Position numbers and translations under genes: made by a program. Positions 27,804 through 32,000 of a stretch of DNA of 32,000 nt are shown piece by piece (the stretch's first letter is position 1; the number at the start of each line of letters is the position of its first letter). The stretch is from Candidatus Jordarchaeales archaeon. GTDB lineage: Archaea > Asgardarchaeota > Jordiarchaeia > Jordiarchaeales > Freyrarchaeaceae. The DNA is taken from positions 45,491 through 77,490 of the forward strand of contig JAWCFL010000003.1 in NCBI GenBank assembly GCA_038858525.1, read 5' to 3'. The notes below the pieces were generated by a model that saw nothing but the letters and a program-made list of their open reading frames with translations, made no database searches and was not told the origin of the DNA.

Positions 27804-28889
27804 TTAAGGTATCATAAAAGAGTTCCCTAACCCAGCAATTACTATGGGTTCACTGAGAGACTTTATTGAGTTTTCCAAAGATTCCAGCACATCTTTAATT
27901 AAATTCTGTAAATCGTGATCTATCCTGCTTGAAAGTTCTTCGCTTGTTAACTTTACCAGCACGGAAATGAGAGGAAGTTTTTTCCTTGTAGCTATGGATT
28001 CAAGCTCGAATTTTAATGGCTCATATGTTGCAGCTACGCCCACCCCCTGAGCAACTACAACGCCGTTTTCCCCCTTCAGCTTAGGTTGTGCCGAAATAAG
28101 AACTATTGATGGATTTTTTAGTCTACGGACTTCTTCCAGCAGAGTTTCGCCTGCATCCTCTTCAGTCCTCGCGCCGGGCCCTCTTGGCCTAATGATTACC
28201 GCGCGTTTTCCGTTCAATGTTTTTTCCGCAATGACTGCCCCCTTCTTGACTTCAACTTTTTCAGCGTTTTCCATTAAAGTTTTAGCCACTAGTGGTCCTA
28301 GACCATACCCGACGGGTTGCTTGGGATCCTGAAGATAGCATTTTAAGATGTTGAAACTTCTTTCTGCAGTAATTTTCAAGAAGGGTAGCTGAGAGAGGGC
28401 TTGAACCAAACCAGTCAAGTTCTTTGATTTAACAGCAGTTAAATATAGGTGCCTCACCAGCTTGCACACTCTGCTTAGCCTAGATGCCTCCAGGAAAACC
28501 TGCTTTACCGTAGCTTTACTTTCATCATCCTTCGAGGCTAGCAAAGAATTCACTTCTCTCTCTATATGTTGCCCTGCGACGTCTAGAACGTGCTTTAGCC
28601 TATGAATTGATCCTACAGGGTCGGACTCCTCGGGGGGTATGACGAAAAAGTCAGATAGGCGGGCATAGATCTGCTTCGCCTCCTCAAGGACGCCGAGACG
28701 CGCGAATTCCTTTTCGAAAAGTTCCTTGAACTCGGCTTCCATCTTCTCTAAGTGTCTCAGTAACTGTTTGACTTTTCTAAATTCCAAAATGAATACCAGT
28801 TCTTGCCTATAACCTGCTAGGAAGCATATGAGAAACAGAACGATGTAGCCTATGATGTAGCTGATAAGCTGATAAGTGGAATCGATCAT
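27804..28889 (-). CDS. DUF1512-like membrane-anchored protein, divergent
   Basis: N-terminal TM helix; FFVIPP..DPVG, LVRHLY, QLPFL, GPLVA, GPGA, AQGVGVA. The pattern matches DUF1512 as recalled. Confidence 0.65.
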   Translation of the reverse strand: MIDSTYQLISYIIGYIVLFLICFLAGYRQELVFILEFRKVKQLLRHLEKMEAEFKELFEKEFARLGVLEEAKQIYARLSDFFVIPPEESDPVGSIHRLKHVLDVAGQHIEREVNSLLASKDDESKATVKQVFLEASRLSRVCKLVRHLYLTAVKSKNLTGLVQALSQLPFLKITAERSFNILKCYLQDPKQPVGYGLGPLVAKTLMENAEKVEVKKGAVIAEKTLNGKRAVIIRPRGPGARTEEDAGETLLEEVRRLKNPSIVLISAQPKLKGENGVVVAQGVGVAATYEPLKFELESIATRKKLPLISVLVKLTSEELSSRIDHDLQNLIKDVLESLENSIKSLSEPIVIAGLGNSFMIP

Positions 28890-29482
28890 TCGTGTTCACC
28901 CTTCTCGCGTTCTAAAAGCGCCTTCATCCTAGAAAGCTCTTGGATAAGATGCTCTATTACTTCTTTTTTTAATGTTAGGTGTTGAATGAGAGAATCAATT
29001 TCTTCAAGGGAAAGACCTGAGATGTTGGAAGGAGAAAAAAATGGAGGGGGAAATGGAGGGGGAAATGGAGGGGGAAATGGAGGGGGAAATGGAGGGGGAA
29101 AGAAAGTATCAATTTTGGGAGCTGATTTCTTTAGAAGGAGCAGAAAAGCTCTTGTCATCCGGCGTCTTTCCTCAAGCATCTCGGAGAGCTCCTTTAGTCC
29201 CTTTTCGGTTATGTAGTAGCATTTCCTTTTACGAGTAGATGATTCTTCTTTGGTCCAGACTCCTCTTACTAGCTCCTGCTTTTCCATCTCCCTTAGGAGG
29301 GGGTATATGTTCCCGCTGGTTGACCTCAACCATCCGCCGGTGCAGTTCCTTATAAGTTTCATCAATGCGTAACCATGGAGGGGGGTTTGACTGAGAAGAA
29401 GAAGTATTAAAAATTTTGTTGCGCCTTCCTTAGCCTTGCTTAGCAACGTTTCGAAGCCAGGTTCAAACATTGAAGAAGTCAC
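28886..29482 (-). CDS. PadR-family transcriptional regulator with a (PPPF)5 linker and a C-terminal helical tail
   Basis: LHGYALMK, SGNIYPLLREMEKQELV, RKCYYITEKG; its stop overlaps the DUF1512 start by 4 nt. Confidence 0.88.
   Translation of the reverse strand: MTSSMFEPGFETLLSKAKEGATKFLILLLLSQTPLHGYALMKLIRNCTGGWLRSTSGNIYPLLREMEKQELVRGVWTKEESSTRKRKCYYITEKGLKELSEMLEERRRMTRAFLLLLKKSAPKIDTFFPPPFPPPFPPPFPPPFPPPFFSPSNISGLSLEEIDSLIQHLTLKKEVIEHLIQELSRMKALLEREKGEHE
29039..29098. repeat. Perfect 12-bp tandem repeat, five copies, inside padR
   Basis: (AAATGGAGGGGG)5 on the plus strand, equal to (CCC CCT CCA TTT)5 = (PPPF)5 on the coding strand. Confidence 0.97.
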
Positions 29483-29505
29483 CCTTAAGTTTAATTTGTC
29501 AAGTC

Positions 29506-29569
29506 ACATGATCATGTTATTTCAGATATGTTTTTAAACGCAATGGAATATGTTGCTGATAGACATATT
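29506..29569. promoter_or_regulatory. Divergent promoter with two candidate PadR operators
   Basis: Perfect palindrome ACATGATCATGT (29506-29517), TATA-like TTTTTAAA (29531-29538), and inverted repeat AATATGT-N9-ACATATT (29547-29569). Confidence 0.55.
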
Positions 29570-29599
29570 TTGCGTTGTAACTTTGTAGGAGGAGCTTTA

Positions 29600-30592
29600 A
29601 TGCCGATAATCGAGGTAAGGGACCTCAGGAAAGTGTATAACGGGAGTGTTGCCGCCCTAAAGGGTATAAGTTTCGACGTAGAAGAGGGAGAAATCTTCGG
29701 TTTTCTCGGTCCAAATGGAGCGGGAAAAACCACTACAGTCCATATTTTGTGTACTCTTATTACTCCAACGGGTGGTTTAGCCAAAGTGTGTGGGTTTGAC
29801 GTTGTAAAGGAACCGGACAAGGTGAGACGAAAAATAGGATTCGTTCCACAGGACATAAGTGTCGATGACGACTTAACAGCAAGGGAGAACCTAGAACTGC
29901 ACGCTAAGTTATACCATATGCCGAGGAGCCTTAGAGAGAAGAGAATTGAGGAGATGCTCGAGCTTGTTGGGCTTCAGGAGAGGGCGGATAGCCTCGTTAA
30001 AACATTTTCGGGAGGGATGAGGCGTAGATTGGAGATAGCGGAGGGGCTGCTTCACAGTCCGGAGGTGTTATTTCTAGATGAGCCTACAATAGGATTAGAC
30101 CCTGCAAGTAGGATGACTATATGGGAGCAGCTAAGGGAGCTGAACAAGGAGGGGGTAACCGTTTTTCTTACAACACATTACATGGACGAGGCTGATAGGC
30201 TCTGTGACCGAGTAGCGATCATTGATCTAGGAGAGATAAGGGCAATAGGCAGGCCGAGCGAGCTTAAGGAAGAAGTGGGAGGAGACGTGCTGATCTTGAA
30301 GACAAACAATCCAGATAAGCTCCTAGAAAAACTGCTTAGTCTCCCATTTGTTAATAGCGCCACGTCACAGGATGGCACACTAAGAATAACAGTTAAAAGT
30401 GGAGAAAAAGCAATACCGTTGATTTTTGAGGAGGCAAGAAGTTTGGGGGTAAACATAGAAGCGGTCTCTCTAAGCAAACCTACACTGGACGATGTCTTCG
30501 TCAGACATACAGGGAAAAGCTTGAGGGACGAAAAAATCGACATGATCGAGAGGTTTAAGCAATACATGCTAATGAAGAGGAGGAGACGGTAG
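29600..30592 (+). CDS. ABC-2 type exporter ATP-binding subunit (DrrA-like)
   Basis: GPNGAGKTT, FSGGMRRRLEIA, FLDEPTIGLDP, TTHYMDEA, C-terminal PTLDDVF. ATG 29600 follows AGGAGG. Confidence 0.93.
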   Translation: MPIIEVRDLRKVYNGSVAALKGISFDVEEGEIFGFLGPNGAGKTTTVHILCTLITPTGGLAKVCGFDVVKEPDKVRRKIGFVPQDISVDDDLTARENLELHAKLYHMPRSLREKRIEEMLELVGLQERADSLVKTFSGGMRRRLEIAEGLLHSPEVLFLDEPTIGLDPASRMTIWEQLRELNKEGVTVFLTTHYMDEADRLCDRVAIIDLGEIRAIGRPSELKEEVGGDVLILKTNNPDKLLEKLLSLPFVNSATSQDGTLRITVKSGEKAIPLIFEEARSLGVNIEAVSLSKPTLDDVFVRHTGKSLRDEKIDMIERFKQYMLMKRRRR

Positions 30593-30593
30593 G

Positions 30594-31499
30594 ATGCTTA
30601 AGGAAGCGTGTTACGTATGTGAAAGGGAGCTTAAGCATTTCATCAGGATGAGGGTGCAGATAATATCAAGCATAGTTACGCCAATAGTTTGGTTGGTCTT
30701 CTTCGGTTATTCAATGAACATGATGTCTTCCGGACTAGGAGGAATAAATATACTAAACGTTTTCATTGGAGGAGAGAGAAGTGTTTTTCTCTACTTTCTC
30801 ACTTCGGCATTAAACGCAACTCCGCTTCAAAGTTTAGTCATCCAAAATTACTTAGGAATCTCGTATCTGGATTTCTTCTACTCAGGTGTCATCGGAGTAA
30901 CAGTGATGTTCGCATGCGTTTTCAGCGGTCTATCGATAATATGGGATAAGCGCTTCGGTTTCTTTAACAAGCTTCTTGTAGCTCCGATCCCTCGATTATC
31001 AATAATGCTTGGGAAAACAATGTATGCAACAGTAAGAGGTTTAATTCAGGGGGTCATAATACTCGGGTTTAGTTTCCTCATCGGAGCCCGAATACGGACA
31101 GGTGTGGTGGGAGTAGCTTTGGCATTGGTCTTCATGCTTCTCTTAAGCCTTGGCTTTGGAGCGTTCTCCATGTCCCTAGGAATTAAGTTAGCTGATCAGG
31201 AGGCTTTGTTTGGAATAATAAACATGATAACACTACCACTTTTCATCTCGAGCGGTGCATTTATGCCCGTAGATACAATGCCTGGCTGGCTCCAAGTGAT
31301 CGCCTACGGAAACCCATTAACGTACCTTGTCGACGCGTTAAGGCTGTGCCTACTTGGCGGCCCATATTCCGCCCTCGGATTACCATTTTCGCTCATAGAC
31401 GTAGCACCGAGACTAATGAGAGACTTAATAGCACTTTCCGTATTCACGGGAACCTTCTTAATAATTGGAACATTGCTCTTCAGAGGTTCAGTCAAGTAA
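30594..31499 (+). CDS. ABC-2 type exporter permease (DrrB-like)
   Basis: ERELKHFIR, SIIWDKRFGFFNKLLVAP, MPGWLQVIAYGNPLTYLVDALR. Confidence 0.92.
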   Translation: MLKEACYVCERELKHFIRMRVQIISSIVTPIVWLVFFGYSMNMMSSGLGGINILNVFIGGERSVFLYFLTSALNATPLQSLVIQNYLGISYLDFFYSGVIGVTVMFACVFSGLSIIWDKRFGFFNKLLVAPIPRLSIMLGKTMYATVRGLIQGVIILGFSFLIGARIRTGVVGVALALVFMLLLSLGFGAFSMSLGIKLADQEALFGIINMITLPLFISSGAFMPVDTMPGWLQVIAYGNPLTYLVDALRLCLLGGPYSALGLPFSLIDVAPRLMRDLIALSVFTGTFLIIGTLLFRGSVK

Positions 31500-31535
31500 C
31501 CAGCGTGTACATGCTTAACAACATGCTTGTTTCGA

Positions 31536-32000
31536 TCAGCCTTTCAAAGCTTCCGTTAGAGGGATTCCTGGGTGTGCGAATAGGTTGCAATCAGATGGGT
31601 CGAAGTATATCGAAACGCGATCACCAACTTTAACTGAGCTGTAAGGTAAAGCATACGTGGTAACTCGTACACCATTTGCAAGTAGAACAGTCACTTTAAC
31701 CATGGAACCCAAAAACAAAACATCCTCGATCACACCCTGAGGAGACCCTTCCTCAACATTACCAAGAGTGATGTTTTCAGGCCTCACAGCCACAACAACT
31801 CTATTTCCTCTCCTGAAGCCGTTATCTTCGTCTTTTACGACGATGCGGTCTCTGCCCCCCTCTAATTTAACGGTTATTGTGCCGCTCGACTTTTCAGTTA
31901 CAACTCCCTCAAAGAAGTTCATTTCTCCAACAAAGCCGGCCACGAAAAGAGTTTTGGGTTTAAGATAAATCTCCTTTGGGGATCCAACCTGCTCAATTCT
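31536..32000 (-). CDS. ABC importer ATPase, C-terminal part with TOBE domain (PotA/CysA/MalK type); 5' end outside the window
   Basis: The frame is open from 32000: RIEQVGSPKEIYLKPKTLFVAGFVGEMN...VAVRPENI...VLFLGS...VKVGDRVSIYFD. Confidence 0.88.
   Translation of the reverse strand, partial: RIEQVGSPKEIYLKPKTLFVAGFVGEMNFFEGVVTEKSSGTITVKLEGGRDRIVVKDEDNGFRRGNRVVVAVRPENITLGNVEEGSPQGVIEDVLFLGSMVKVTVLLANGVRVTTYALPYSSVKVGDRVSIYFDPSDCNLFAHPGIPLTEALKG

Noticed and set aside
29039-29098. Repeat considered as a CRISPR array
   Set aside because: 12-bp units with no spacers, in frame within a CDS, and no cas genes in the window.
28986-29238. Antisense ORFs with (GGNG)n and (MEGE)n repeats
   Set aside because: They are shadows of the PPPF repeat inside the well-supported padR gene on the minus strand.

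Overview
Core-genome segment of an archaeon. Evidence: PolD DP2, topoisomerase VI B/A, split RNA polymerase subunit A'', L30e, archaeal NusA, uS12/uS7, PINA ATPase, PAC2 chaperone and RFAP synthase. PolD argues against classical Thermoprotei; an uncultured TACK/Asgard-type lineage fits but cannot be proven from this window. I saw no CRISPR array, transposase, integrase or intein. The most striking signal is invisible in the ORF track: four tRNA genes (Gly-CCC, Ala-TGC, Val-CAC, Arg-TCG) carry nine BHB-type introns, and only one is at the canonical 37/38 site. tRNA-Arg has an intron at 9/10 whose splice motif needs the acceptor stem to open, and its 5' leader is perfectly complementary to the freed 3' strand. 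Other candidates for follow-up: a nusA-adjacent SuhB/IMPase homolog lacking a catalytic Asp; a FolP with a domain I recall as normally N-terminal placed at its C-terminus; a fragmented RNAP/ribosomal cluster; an unusual SBP plus oxyanion-type permease pair with no adjacent ATPase; and a PadR-(PPPF)5 / degenerate DUF1512 / ABC-2 exporter module. All family calls come from motif recognition by eye; no searches were run.
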